This document shows positions 49,205-63,453 of a stretch of 64,000 bases of DNA, piece after piece. The DNA is taken from NCBI GenBank assembly GCA_963770895.1, contig CAVYRF010000002.1, forward strand, positions 2,368,001 to 2,432,000, read 5' to 3'. The stretch's first letter is position 1; each line of letters starts with the position of its first letter. Under the pieces are notes generated by a model. The model worked only from the letters and a program-made list of their open reading frames with translations. It did no database searches and had not been told where the DNA came from. The translations under genes were made by a program, and so were the position numbers. The stretch is from an uncultured Acidobacteriota bacterium. Lineage in GTDB: Bacteria > Acidobacteriota > Thermoanaerobaculia > Multivoradales > UBA5704.

Positions 49205-50671
49205 TCAAGGTTGGGAGCGCCGCATTCTGAAGGCGCCGCGCCGCCGGAGCCAGATCAGCAGCGCCATGCCGAGCAAGGCCAGCTCCACCCCGGCCAGGCG
49301 CTCGGCGCTCACTTCCAGGGAGAGCGTATAGAGCAGGCCGAGAGCGAGCAAGAGGGCGACAAAGCCCAGGGCCACGCGGCCGGCCGCGGGCGCGCCGTGC
49401 GGTGCCGCCGGCGGGCTTGCCGGCGATCCGGCGGCCAAGGTCGGCGCGCGCAACAGGCCCCACAACGCCAACGCCATCAGCGCTGCGATCGCCGCGGCTG
49501 CCGCCACCAGCCTGGGGTCGAAAGCGGCAAGTGTGGCGCGCGGGCCGTCCAGCGCCGCACCTGCCTGCGCCGCTGTCGCACCGGACGATGCCGTGGCCGC
49601 ACCGGGCGCCGCCGTGGCTGCACCCGGCGCCGCGGTGGCGTCGGCTGGCGCCGCAGCCGCGCCGGATGCCGCGGGCGCGCCGGTCGGCGCTGCCGCCGTA
49701 CTGGAGGGCGCCGCGGCTGCCAGCGCAGGCGAGGCTGGCGGCTGGATCGCGAGCTGCTGGCTGGCGCTGAGCGCCAGCGGCCTGCCGGCCTGCATCAGGC
49801 CGGTTGCCGCCCAGGCCAGGGTAGCGGTCCTGGGCAGCGGCGCCGAGCTGTCGGTGCGCGTCAGCGGCACGTCGAAGATCAAGCCCTGCGCGGTGGATCG
49901 CACCCGCGGCCGGCCGACCTGGAACGTCGATTGCGGCTCGAAGAAGATGTCGGCGCCGCCGGCGGCGGCGCTCACCCCGTCCAGGCGGATCTGGAGCTGC
50001 TGGCCGGAGATGCTCCCGGTCGCGGCGACGCCCGGCTGCCGGTCGGCCGGCAGAGGCACCTGGGCAAACCAGCGATCGAGCAGCGGCGAGGTCGCCGGGT
50101 CAGGCTGGGCCGTATCGCCCAGCGGCTGGTCGAGCGCCAGCGTATAGCGGTGCGGCACGCAGTCGACCTGGCAGACCAGGTAGTCGACGTCCGCGGTGAG
50201 CCGCACCTGGCTGGCGCTGGTGCTGAGGGTCGCCCGCACCGGGTAGACCGCTTCGCCCTCGTAGCCGAAGGCTTCCAGCCCCCCGGCCAGTTCGAACCGA
50301 TGCGGTGCGGGCCACAGCATCTCGGGATAGGACAGCCCCGGCACGCGGCCGAACGCGACGACCGGCGCGAAGCCCGCGTCGCCCGAATTTTTCCAGTACA
50401 CGTGCCAGCTCGGCGGCAGCCGGAACTGGATGCCCAGGCGCAGCTCTCCCTGCCGCGGCGCCACCCGATACGCGGTGATCAGGCGCACCTGCGACTGCGG
50501 ATTGACCGCCCAATCCGATGCCGCGGCCGCCGCCGGCCGGCCCGCCGCGGCTCCCAGGCCGCACAGCGCCGCGACCAGCACGGCGCGGGCGACAGCGCCA
50601 CGCCGCCGCCGGCCCTGGCTCCGCCCTCCCCGCCCGGAATCGTCGTGCTCGCGCGCCGTCTCAGCCCCCAT
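49205..50671 (-). CDS. DsbD/ScsB N-terminal-domain protein with a reduced membrane part
   Basis: WHVYWKNSGDAG, WPAP, FGYEG, LVCQVDCVP; Ala-rich linker; only about 3 TM segments. Confidence 0.78.
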   Translation of the reverse strand: MGAETAREHDDSGRGGRSQGRRRRGAVARAVLVAALCGLGAAAGRPAAAAASDWAVNPQSQVRLITAYRVAPRQGELRLGIQFRLPPSWHVYWKNSGDAGFAPVVAFGRVPGLSYPEMLWPAPHRFELAGGLEAFGYEGEAVYPVRATLSTSASQVRLTADVDYLVCQVDCVPHRYTLALDQPLGDTAQPDPATSPLLDRWFAQVPLPADRQPGVAATGSISGQQLQIRLDGVSAAAGGADIFFEPQSTFQVGRPRVRSTAQGLIFDVPLTRTDSSAPLPRTATLAWAATGLMQAGRPLALSASQQLAIQPPASPALAAAAPSSTAAAPTGAPAASGAAAAPADATAAPGAATAAPGAATASSGATAAQAGAALDGPRATLAAFDPRLVAAAAAIAALMALALWGLLRAPTLAAGSPASPPAAPHGAPAAGRVALGFVALLLALGLLYTLSLEVSAERLAGVELALLGMALLIWLRRRGAFRMRRSQP

Positions 50672-50823
50672 CCAGGATCAAAACACGTGCCGCCGGTTGG
50701 TCATTCCGCGGAGCAGGGGGAGCGCGCGGGTCGGGCGGTCCTCCGCGGGGGTGCTCCGACAGCCCCGGCATGGCTCGCATCCGTTCGTCCCAAGCGGCTG
50801 GACGCAGCTAGAATCGTGCGGTC

Positions 50824-52299
50824 ATGCGGGTTTTTTTCACCAACCTGGGATGCAAGCTCAACCAGGCCGAAAACGATCGGCTGGCTGGGCAGTTCCTGAC
50901 CGCCGGCCATCAGCTGGCGAGGTCGCTGGCCGAAGCGGACCTGCATGTCGTCAATTCGTGCACGGTCACCGCCAACGCCGCCCGCACGTCGCGCAAGGCG
51001 GCGCGGGCCGGCGCACGGGCTGCCGCCACGGCCGGCGACGGCGGGGGCGGCGGCCGGCAGCTTGGGGACGCGGCGCCGCCTTTGCGCACGGTGCTGACGG
51101 GGTGCTACGCCACGGCTGCGCCGGAGGAGGCGGCCGGGCTGGCCGGCGTCGACCTGGTGATCGCCAACGCCGACAAGGATCGCCTGATGGAGCGGGTGAC
51201 CAGCAGCTTTTCGCCGGCACCCCAGGCCCCGTCTGGAGCGGGCGACCTGACCGGCGCCAGCCTCGGCCTCGGCCCCGGTCGCCCGCTCCCCCCTCTCTTT
51301 GCGCCGCCCTCGCCGGGCAATACGCGGGCGCTGGTCAAGGTGGAGGACGGCTGCGACATGGGGTGCTCCTTCTGCATCATCCCGCGGACGCGCGGCAGCC
51401 AGCACAGCCGGCCGGCGGCGGAAATAGTGGCAGAGGTGCGCGGATTGCTGGCCGCGGGCTACCGCGAGATCGTGGTGACCGGCGTGCAGATCTCGGCGTG
51501 GCGCGGCCGCCTCGATGGCACCCAGGACCGCGACCACCGTCACGCGGGGCGCCTGGCGGACCTGGTGCGGCAGCTGCTGGCGACACTGCCGGCGACGACG
51601 GCAACGACCGCGACGACGGCGACGACGGCAGCCACGGCGGCCTCGGTGGATGCGGCGGGCGGCGCGCCGGCGGCGCGTCTGCGGCTGACCTCGATCGCTC
51701 CCTGGCAGCTCGCGGAGGAGCTGCTTGAGCTGTGGGCCGATCCTCGCCTCTGCCGGCACCTCCACCTGTCGCTGCAGAGCGGCGCCACCGCCACGCTGCG
51801 GCGGATGCGGCGCCCCTACTCGGCGGAATCGTACGTCCGCAAGGTCGAGGCGGTGCGCTCCGCGATCCCCGGAGTCGCCGTCACCACCGACGTGATCGTC
51901 GGCTTCCCCGGCGAGTCGGACGCCGAGTTCGACGAGAGCCTGGCGACGGTGGCGCGGCTCGGGTTTGCCAAGGTGCACGTGTTTCCGTTTTCGTCGCGTC
52001 CGGGCACGGCGGCGGCAGCGCTGCCGGGGGTGGTGGCGCCTGCCCTTCTGCGGCAGCGCATGGGCCGGATGCAGGTGGTGGCGGAACGTGCGGCGCGGGC
52101 CTTCCAGGAGGCGCAGCTGGGCCGCCGTGCGACGGTGCTGTGGGAGGGGCCGCAGGCGGGCCGCGGCCAGGGCCTGACCGACAACTACGTGCGGGTGTTC
52201 AGCCCCCAGGCCGAGCACCGGTGGAACCAGATGACCGAGGTCGAGCTGCTGGCGGTGACCGACGGCGGCGTCACCGGTCGCCTGATCCCCGCCGGGTAG
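50824..52299 (+). CDS. mtaB: MiaB/RimO-family radical SAM methylthiotransferase (MtaB-like)
   Basis: LGCKLNQAE, VNSCTVT, TGCYA, EDGCDMGCSFCIIP, DVIVGFPGE, HVFPFSSRPGT, GLTDNYVRV. Confidence 0.88.
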   Translation: MRVFFTNLGCKLNQAENDRLAGQFLTAGHQLARSLAEADLHVVNSCTVTANAARTSRKAARAGARAAATAGDGGGGGRQLGDAAPPLRTVLTGCYATAAPEEAAGLAGVDLVIANADKDRLMERVTSSFSPAPQAPSGAGDLTGASLGLGPGRPLPPLFAPPSPGNTRALVKVEDGCDMGCSFCIIPRTRGSQHSRPAAEIVAEVRGLLAAGYREIVVTGVQISAWRGRLDGTQDRDHRHAGRLADLVRQLLATLPATTATTATTATTAATAASVDAAGGAPAARLRLTSIAPWQLAEELLELWADPRLCRHLHLSLQSGATATLRRMRRPYSAESYVRKVEAVRSAIPGVAVTTDVIVGFPGESDAEFDESLATVARLGFAKVHVFPFSSRPGTAAAALPGVVAPALLRQRMGRMQVVAERAARAFQEAQLGRRATVLWEGPQAGRGQGLTDNYVRVFSPQAEHRWNQMTEVELLAVTDGGVTGRLIPAG

Positions 52300-53719
52300 G
52301 GCGCGCGACGCCGGTGACGCGCTCGACGATCTGGTAGAGGCCGAACTTGGGCAGCCGCATGAAGCCTGACCAGGCCGCGGCGGCCAGGGTGCCTTCGGCC
52401 ATCCATTCCGCCAGCCAGTCGCCGGCGTGCTGCGGCTCGCGCTGCTTGAGGCCGGCGCCGTTTTCGATCGCCCAGCGGCGGTTGTAGCGCTCGTGGATGC
52501 CCACCGGCTGCGAGAACACCAGCGGAATGCCGAGCGCCGCGAAGAAGGTCATTTCGCTGGGTTTGGTCCACAGGATGTCGGTCTGGGCGAGCAGCTGGTT
52601 GAAACCGGCGAAGTAGCCGGCCAGGTCGCCGGCCAGGAAGATCTGCACGCCGGCCCCCAGGCTGCCGCCCAGGCCGGCATCGCGCACCCAGCGCTCGAAC
52701 CGCGCGGCGACTTCAGGCCGGGTGCCGGCCGCCAGGGTGAGGCGCAGCCGGCCGTCCTGGATCAGCGGCGCCAGGCTGTGCACGAGCGGCTGCGCCAGCT
52801 CGGCCTGGGCGCCGGCGCCGCCGACGGTGAAGGTGAGGCGCGGCGGCTGGCGCTCCTCCGATTCGGGCAGCTCGACGTCCAGAAAATGGCGGATCTCGCG
52901 CTCGGCCTGCTGCCGGAACGCCCCCTCGGGATCGAGCCGCACCAGCCGCCCGGCGAGGTTGTGCCGCAGGACCGGCAGCTCGGGGCCGCCCAGCAGCTCG
53001 GGCGGCAGCGGAAAGCCGGTGAACTCGATCTGGCCGGGCGGCACGCCGTAGGCGCGCAGCCGCTCCAGCGCCCGCCGGCTGGGCGTGAGGTAGACGATGC
53101 TGTTGCCGTGCGGATCGATGGGCACCCAGACGCGGTTCAGATCCACGTCGGTCACCACGCAGTAGATTGGCGCGCAGCCGTGATGCTGGGCGACGATCGC
53201 CGGCGCGAAATAGGTGGTGACCAGCGGCGAGCCGGTGGCGCGCAGCCGCTCGACCAGCCCGGCGCCCAACCCCTTTTCCACCAGGCGAAAGAGCGAGCGC
53301 GCCTGGAGCGTGGGCCGCGACAGGTCGCGCTTGGGGTAGAGGTGGGGGATCGACGTCAGGCTGTCGAGCAGCGCGCGCAGCGGGCCGCCGATGACCGGCA
53401 GCTGCGAGGCGCGCGCCGTGGCTTCGTACAGCCGGCGCGCCGAGCGCCACAGGCGCTGCTCTTCGGCGCCGGCCAGGAGCGGGCTTTCCACCTGCAGCAG
53501 CTCGACCCCGAGGGCGGTCGCCAGCGCCGCAGCGGCTCGCAGATGGCCGTAGCCCATCTCGGCCGCGGCGACGATCGGCGGCGCCGCCGGCGCGCTCGCC
53601 GGGGCGGCACCCGTCAAGGCCGGGTCCGATGCCGTCGTTACCGCCGGCGAGCCCGCGGGCGCGGTGGCAGCGCCGACGGGCACCAGGCCGGGAGCGATCG
53701 CGATGGCGGGAGCGGACAC
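52271..53719 (-). CDS. Putative GT-B glycosyltransferase (MGDG synthase/UgtP-like); start uncertain
   Basis: MGYGHLRAA, CVVTD.D.NRVW, TGFPLP, VGGAG, DILWTKP. Confidence 0.6.
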   Translation of the reverse strand: MSAPAIAIAPGLVPVGAATAPAGSPAVTTASDPALTGAAPASAPAAPPIVAAAEMGYGHLRAAAALATALGVELLQVESPLLAGAEEQRLWRSARRLYEATARASQLPVIGGPLRALLDSLTSIPHLYPKRDLSRPTLQARSLFRLVEKGLGAGLVERLRATGSPLVTTYFAPAIVAQHHGCAPIYCVVTDVDLNRVWVPIDPHGNSIVYLTPSRRALERLRAYGVPPGQIEFTGFPLPPELLGGPELPVLRHNLAGRLVRLDPEGAFRQQAEREIRHFLDVELPESEERQPPRLTFTVGGAGAQAELAQPLVHSLAPLIQDGRLRLTLAAGTRPEVAARFERWVRDAGLGGSLGAGVQIFLAGDLAGYFAGFNQLLAQTDILWTKPSEMTFFAALGIPLVFSQPVGIHERYNRRWAIENGAGLKQREPQHAGDWLAEWMAEGTLAAAAWSGFMRLPKFGLYQIVERVTGVARPTRRGSGDR

Positions 53720-53853
53720 AGGGTGGGGGTGTGGTGGTCGAGGGGGCTTGGTCCGCTTCCGGGTTCCGCAGGCGTGCCCGGCGAGGCCGGCCGCACAGCA
53801 GCGCGGGGGGTGATCTCCGGGGGCTCCGGGGCTCCGGGCGCCGAAGCGCCGGT

Positions 53854-54459
53854 TCAACCGCCGAAACGCAATGGAATCAGCGTCAGACCAGCGTAACCCA
53901 GGAAGGCGAGCAGATGGTAGCAGCCTTCGACCAGCAGGCGGGCGGTGAAGCCCGAAGCGGCGCCGACCAGCACGCCCGCCGCCACGTCCAGCGGGTAGTG
54001 GGCGCCCAGGTAGACGCGCGAGATGGCGATGCCGAACGCCAGGGTGAGGGTGAGCAGCGCGATACCGCTGCCCTGGCCGGCGAGCGCCGCGGCGACGCCG
54101 AAGGCCGCCGCCGTGTGGCCGGAGGGGAAGGAGAAGCAGTCCGGCACCTTGACCAGGGCGGCGAAGCCGCCGATGCCGGTCGCCGGCCGCGGCCGGCAGA
54201 TCGTGCGCTTGAGCACCTGCGAGCCGGCCACCGCCAGGCCCGCACCGGTGCCCAGCAGCCAGGCGAGGTGAGGGCCCGACACCGCTCCCACGGTCAGTCC
54301 CACCACCACCCAGGCCGCGGGATCGCCCATGCGCGTCAGCATGCGCATGAGCCGCGTCATCATCGCCGATTCCCATCGGCGAACGGCAAGGAGGATCGCC
54401 AGATCGACCGAGACGACGCGCTTCCACGTCGCCTGGCTGGCGGTGCGCAGGTAGCTCAC
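53854..54459 (-). CDS. PAP2 family membrane phosphatase
   Basis: [28 protein letters not shown]; GTGA overlap with the upstream gene. Confidence 0.92.
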   Translation of the reverse strand: MSYLRTASQATWKRVVSVDLAILLAVRRWESAMMTRLMRMLTRMGDPAAWVVVGLTVGAVSGPHLAWLLGTGAGLAVAGSQVLKRTICRPRPATGIGGFAALVKVPDCFSFPSGHTAAAFGVAAALAGQGSGIALLTLTLAFGIAISRVYLGAHYPLDVAAGVLVGAASGFTARLLVEGCYHLLAFLGYAGLTLIPLRFGG

Positions 54460-55850
54460 GCCAGGGCCTCCAGGCTGGAGACCGCTTCGGCGTCGACGGC
54501 GGTGAGGACGCTTCCCGCGCCGATGCGCAAGCGGTTCTCTCGCCAATAGATGGTGGTGCGGAAGGCGCCCGCCAGCCAGACCGCGGCGATCAGCAGGTCC
54601 TTGCAGGGGATGAGGGCGAGCGAGCGCAGCGGCAGGCGGCTGCCGCGCAGCTGGCGGGCGAGCACGGCGTCCGCCGTCACCTTGACGGTGAGCCCGACGC
54701 CGGCGGCGATCGCCGCGACGGTGAGCGTGCCCGACCCGCGCCGCGCCGCGACAGCCAGCAGGGCAAGCAGCCAGGGCAGCGGGTTGAGCAGCGGCTCGGC
54801 AAAGAAGGCCGGCGACAGGCGCCGCCGCATTTGCGCCCAGCGCAGGTGGCGGCCGAGGAACTCGCGCACCGAACGGTGCTGATGCATGACCGGCAGGATA
54901 TGCGAGGAAAGGGCCACGGTGAGGCCGGCGGCGGCGAAGCGGCATCCGAGCACGTAGTCTTCTGCAAGCACATCCCGTACCCCTTCGAATCCGCCCACCG
55001 CCTCCAGGTCGCCGCGCCGGAACAGCATCGACTTGCCGACGACGCACGGAAAGCCCAGGGTCTGCGCGCCGCATACCGATCCGGCGACGAAGGAGTTGAG
55101 GTGCAGATTTTCCAGCCGGGCGCCCAGGCTGGCCTCGCCGGTGCCGGCCAGGACCGAGGAGACCAGGCGGGCGCCGCGCCGCGTGTGGGCGGCAAGGGCG
55201 CGCAGGTAGCCGGGGTGGGCGCGGACGTTCGAGTCGGAGATCAGCAGCAGCTCGTGCCGGGCGTGGCCGGCCAGCGAGGCCAGGTTGGTGACCTTCGGGT
55301 TGTAGCCCAGGGGCGCGGCGCCGGCGACGACGGTGATCGCCACGTCGGGATACTGGTCGCGCAGCCGCGCCGCCACCGCCAGGGCCGGGTCGTCAGGGTC
55401 CTCGGTCCCCAGGACCAGCTGGAAGCTGGGGTAGTCCTGCGCCGCCAGCGAAGCAAGGTTGGCGAACAGGCCCTCCTCCAGCCCCTTGAGCGGCTTGAGC
55501 ACCGAGATGGCCGGCAGGTCGGTGGCGGCGGCGAGGACGGCGGCGGCGTCCGCTGCGCCGGATGCCGAGCGGCCGGCGGCCCTGTCGCGGTCTCCCGCCA
55601 GAGCGCCGGGCGGCGCCACGGCTCCCGGCGGCGGCGCCTGGCCCACCGTCCAGCGCAGCACGCGGCGCAGCAGCAGGTTGAACCAGGCAAAGGGGAGCGG
55701 CCCGGACTGGCGGCCGGCATCGCGGGTCAGGGTGCTCAGGGCGCGTGCGACGCTGCTGACGGTCGCCAGCAAGGACACCGCCGCGGCGAGCGCCAGCAAG
55801 TCGAGCAACGTGGCGAGGGTGTTCAAAGTCGTACTTTCCTCTACCGGCAA
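54456..55850 (-). CDS. Ceramide glucosyltransferase / HpnI-like glycosyltransferase; start uncertain
   Basis: [44 protein letters not shown]. Confidence 0.85.
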   Translation of the reverse strand: MPVEESTTLNTLATLLDLLALAAAVSLLATVSSVARALSTLTRDAGRQSGPLPFAWFNLLLRRVLRWTVGQAPPPGAVAPPGALAGDRDRAAGRSASGAADAAAVLAAATDLPAISVLKPLKGLEEGLFANLASLAAQDYPSFQLVLGTEDPDDPALAVAARLRDQYPDVAITVVAGAAPLGYNPKVTNLASLAGHARHELLLISDSNVRAHPGYLRALAAHTRRGARLVSSVLAGTGEASLGARLENLHLNSFVAGSVCGAQTLGFPCVVGKSMLFRRGDLEAVGGFEGVRDVLAEDYVLGCRFAAAGLTVALSSHILPVMHQHRSVREFLGRHLRWAQMRRRLSPAFFAEPLLNPLPWLLALLAVAARRGSGTLTVAAIAAGVGLTVKVTADAVLARQLRGSRLPLRSLALIPCKDLLIAAVWLAGAFRTTIYWRENRLRIGAGSVLTAVDAEAVSSLEALA

Positions 55851-55924
55851 GATCCCATTGTGGGGTTACGGGCTCGTGGCATCGCGGTCACGTGCCGGTC
55901 AGGAGTGTGCTACAAGAGTACCGC

Positions 55925-56773
55925 ATGTCCACCAGATTCGTCGCCGCGGCGGTCCAGCTGACCTCCACCTCGGACGAAGAGGCCAACTGGAGCGCCGCCC
56001 GCGACCTGATCGAACAGGCCGCCGGGCGGGGGGCCGCACTGGTCGCCACGCCCGAAAACACCAACTTCCTGGGCCCCCACGATGAGAAGGTGCGGCGGGC
56101 CGAGCCGCTGGACGGACCGACGGTCGGCCGCTTCGCCGACCTGGCCCGCCGCCTGGGCATCCACCTGCTGCTCGGCTCGTTCAACGAGCGCAGCGACGAG
56201 CCGCAGCGCTGCCACAATACCAGCGTCCTGCTCGGCCCCGACGGCCAGGTGCTGGCGGCCTACCGCAAGCTGCACATGTTCGACGTCGACATCCCCGGCG
56301 GCGTGCGCTTCCTGGAGTCGACGACGTGCAAGCCCGGCGACGCCGCGCAGCCGCCGGCCGACCCAGCCCGCCCCGGCCTGGTGGTGGCGGCGACGCCGCT
56401 CGCCCGCCTGGGGCTGACGATCTGCTACGACCTGCGGTTCGGCGAGATGTACCGCCGGCTGGCCGACCTGGGGGCGGAAGTGATCGCCGTGCCGTCGGCC
56501 TTCACCCTGGCGACCGGCAAGGACCATTGGGAGCCGCTGCTGCGCGCCCGCGCCATTGAAACCCAGTGCTACGTGGTGGCGCCGGCCCAATTCGGTCACC
56601 ACGACGACGGCGGCCTGCGCGACAGCTACGGCCACGCGATGATCGTCGACCCATGGGGGCTGCCGGTCGCCGTCGCCTCCGATGGGCCGGGCCTGGCGAT
56701 CGCCGAAATCGACCTGGCGCGGGTCGAGCGCGTCCGCCGCGCCATCCCGGTGCGCCAGCACCGCCGGCTGTAA
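55925..56773 (+). CDS. Carbon-nitrogen hydrolase (Nit1-like)
   Basis: E-K-C triad: [20 protein letters not shown]; also SAFT..TG..HW and [12 protein letters not shown]. Confidence 0.93.
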   Translation: MSTRFVAAAVQLTSTSDEEANWSAARDLIEQAAGRGAALVATPENTNFLGPHDEKVRRAEPLDGPTVGRFADLARRLGIHLLLGSFNERSDEPQRCHNTSVLLGPDGQVLAAYRKLHMFDVDIPGGVRFLESTTCKPGDAAQPPADPARPGLVVAATPLARLGLTICYDLRFGEMYRRLADLGAEVIAVPSAFTLATGKDHWEPLLRARAIETQCYVVAPAQFGHHDDGGLRDSYGHAMIVDPWGLPVAVASDGPGLAIAEIDLARVERVRRAIPVRQHRRL

Positions 56774-56897
56774 CCGGCGCCTCGGAGTGGCCGAGCCCGG
56801 CCGGGCCGGCGAAGGCCGGGCAACGCGGCGCCGGTATGCACGGCCGACCCGGCTCCGGCGGCGGAATGGCGCGCCGCGGAAAGGTGTTGGGATCGAC

Positions 56898-61565
<4,668 letters not shown>

Positions 61566-61654
61566 ACTGTCCATTCCCTTGCACCTTGCAGGGAGTCCTC
61601 AAGCGGGCTAAGGTAAAGAAGGGTAGACAAATGGTACAGAAAGAAAGAACCGCG

Positions 61655-61903
61655 ATGAGCCTCAACGTCAAGGACCCCGAGGTCCACCGGCTTGCCCAAG
61701 CCATCGCTCAGGCCACCGGAGAGACCATGACCACCGCCGTCAAGGAAGCCCTGAGGGAGCGCTACGAACGGATCCAGAAGCGCGATCCAGAGGCGCTCGC
61801 CGCCGACCTCCGGGCAATCGCCAAGCGCGCCGCCGCTCATGTGAAGGGTTCTTACCTCGACCACGCCGAACTGCTCTACGACGAACGCGGGCTTCCCAAA
61901 TGA
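61655..61903 (+). CDS. vapB: Type II antitoxin VapB (Rv0623-like RHH)
   Basis: MSLNVKDPEVHRLA...TGETMTTAVKEALRER...LYDERGLPK; ATGA overlap with the PIN gene. Confidence 0.88.
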   Translation: MSLNVKDPEVHRLAQAIAQATGETMTTAVKEALRERYERIQKRDPEALAADLRAIAKRAAAHVKGSYLDHAELLYDERGLPK

Positions 61904-62289
61904 TCCTGGATTGTTCGCCGCTCGTGGCCATCCTTGCGGGGGAGCCGGATGCGGAACTGTACATCCAGGCCATCAGCCGCGCCCCGCGGTGCCGCATTTC
62001 CGCGGGAAACTTCATCGAGCTCTCGATTGTCGTCGAGAGCCAATTCCCCATTGAAGTACTGCGGCAATGCGACGCGCTGTTTCGCCGGGTGGGCATCGTG
62101 ATCGAACCGGTGACCGTCGAGCACGCGCAGCTCGCGCGCCAAGCCTTCCACGACTTTGGCAAAGGCCGCCACCCGGCGGGACTGAATTTTGGCGACTGCT
62201 TCGCCTATGCGCTCGCCAGGCACACTGGCGAGCCGCTCCTGTTCAAGGGGAACGACTTCAGTAAGACCGACATTGTCTCCGCGCTATGA
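61900..62289 (+). CDS. vapC: Type II toxin VapC (PIN domain)
   Basis: MILDCSPLVAIL..E, FGKGRHPAGLNFGDCFAYALA, LLFKGNDF. Confidence 0.93.
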   Translation: MILDCSPLVAILAGEPDAELYIQAISRAPRCRISAGNFIELSIVVESQFPIEVLRQCDALFRRVGIVIEPVTVEHAQLARQAFHDFGKGRHPAGLNFGDCFAYALARHTGEPLLFKGNDFSKTDIVSAL

Positions 62290-62344
62290 CGTGCAACCGT
62301 TCCTGACCGCCATCCGAGCACCTGCAAGAGCAGGCGCGGGCGGG

Positions 62345-63271
62345 CTACGAATGTCCCGGCTGCGGTGTCGGGGCGGTGGTGGGGACGCCCAGGGCGGTGA
62401 GGGTGTCGGCTAGCTTGGCGTCGAAGAGGGCGGGTGCGGTGAGCATGGGGAAGTGGCCCAGCTGGAGGGGCGCCAGGTCGAGGATGGCGAAGTCGGCGTG
62501 GTGGCGCTGGCCGGCGGCGGCGTCGCTGGTGAGGGAGGTGTTGATCGCACGGATGGGCACGTGCACGCGTGCGAAGGCGGCGGCGGTGTCGTAGTCGAAC
62601 ATGGTGCGCAGAAGCGCCAGGGCTATGTCGCGGTCGGCCGCCGCAAACTGCGCCTGCAGGCGGTCGCGGATCGCGGCGTCGCACTGGCTGGGCAGCAGCG
62701 AATCGACGAACAGCTTGCTGGTGGCGGCGTAGTCGTTCTGCCAGCGCGCGATCAGGGCGTCGGTCTGCGCGGTGGTCGCGTGGCGCTCGACGTTGTGGAA
62801 GGTGTCGACGCCGATCACGGCGATGACCCGGTCCGGCATCGTGCTGGCCGCTTCCAGCGCCACCGGACCGCCCATCGAATGCCCGATCAGCACCGCGCGC
62901 CGCACGTCCAGGGCGACCAGCACGGCGCGCACGTCTTCACCCAGCGAGGCCAGCGTCCAGTCCTTGCGCTCCTTGCCCGAATCGCCGTGGCCGGCGAGGT
63001 CGAGGGTGATGACTTCGCGCTGGGTGCTGAAGCGCTGCACCTGCTCGTCCCAGTGGTGGCGGTCGCACGACCAGCCGTGGATGAAGACCAGCGCCGGCTC
63101 GCCGCGCCCTTCGGCGTGATAGCGGATCGGCACCCCGTCGCTCGATGCCACCATCGCGTCGGCAGCGTCGTGGGCGATCGGCCGCGGCATCGGCGGCGCT
63201 GCGGGCGGCGGCGTGACGGGCTGGCAGGCGATTGCGGCCAGCCCCACAAAGACGACGGTGGTCAGACGCAT
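62345..63271 (-). CDS. Alpha/beta hydrolase lipoprotein
   Basis: Lipobox AIAC; FIHGWSCD; DLAGHGDS; GHSMGG; GHFPM. Confidence 0.88.
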   Translation of the reverse strand: MRLTTVVFVGLAAIACQPVTPPPAAPPMPRPIAHDAADAMVASSDGVPIRYHAEGRGEPALVFIHGWSCDRHHWDEQVQRFSTQREVITLDLAGHGDSGKERKDWTLASLGEDVRAVLVALDVRRAVLIGHSMGGPVALEAASTMPDRVIAVIGVDTFHNVERHATTAQTDALIARWQNDYAATSKLFVDSLLPSQCDAAIRDRLQAQFAAADRDIALALLRTMFDYDTAAAFARVHVPIRAINTSLTSDAAAGQRHHADFAILDLAPLQLGHFPMLTAPALFDAKLADTLTALGVPTTAPTPQPGHS

Positions 63272-63453
63272 GGCGGTCACTCCCGGTCGACGGCCCAGAA
63301 GGTGCCAACGATAGCGCAGCGCCGCCCACGCGGGCCAGCGATGCCTGGCCGTCGTCGCGGGTGGTGCGCTTCGGCGCACGAATCCTTGGGGGCGTGGCGA
63401 AGAGTAGAATCCGACGTGGAGCCGCCGCTGGCGAGCGCGGCAAGGAGGTTGTC

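Noticed and set aside
50824-52299. Radical SAM maturase for the small peptide
   Set aside because: It has the UPF0004 methylthiotransferase architecture, no SPASM or RRE features, and lies 22 kb away.
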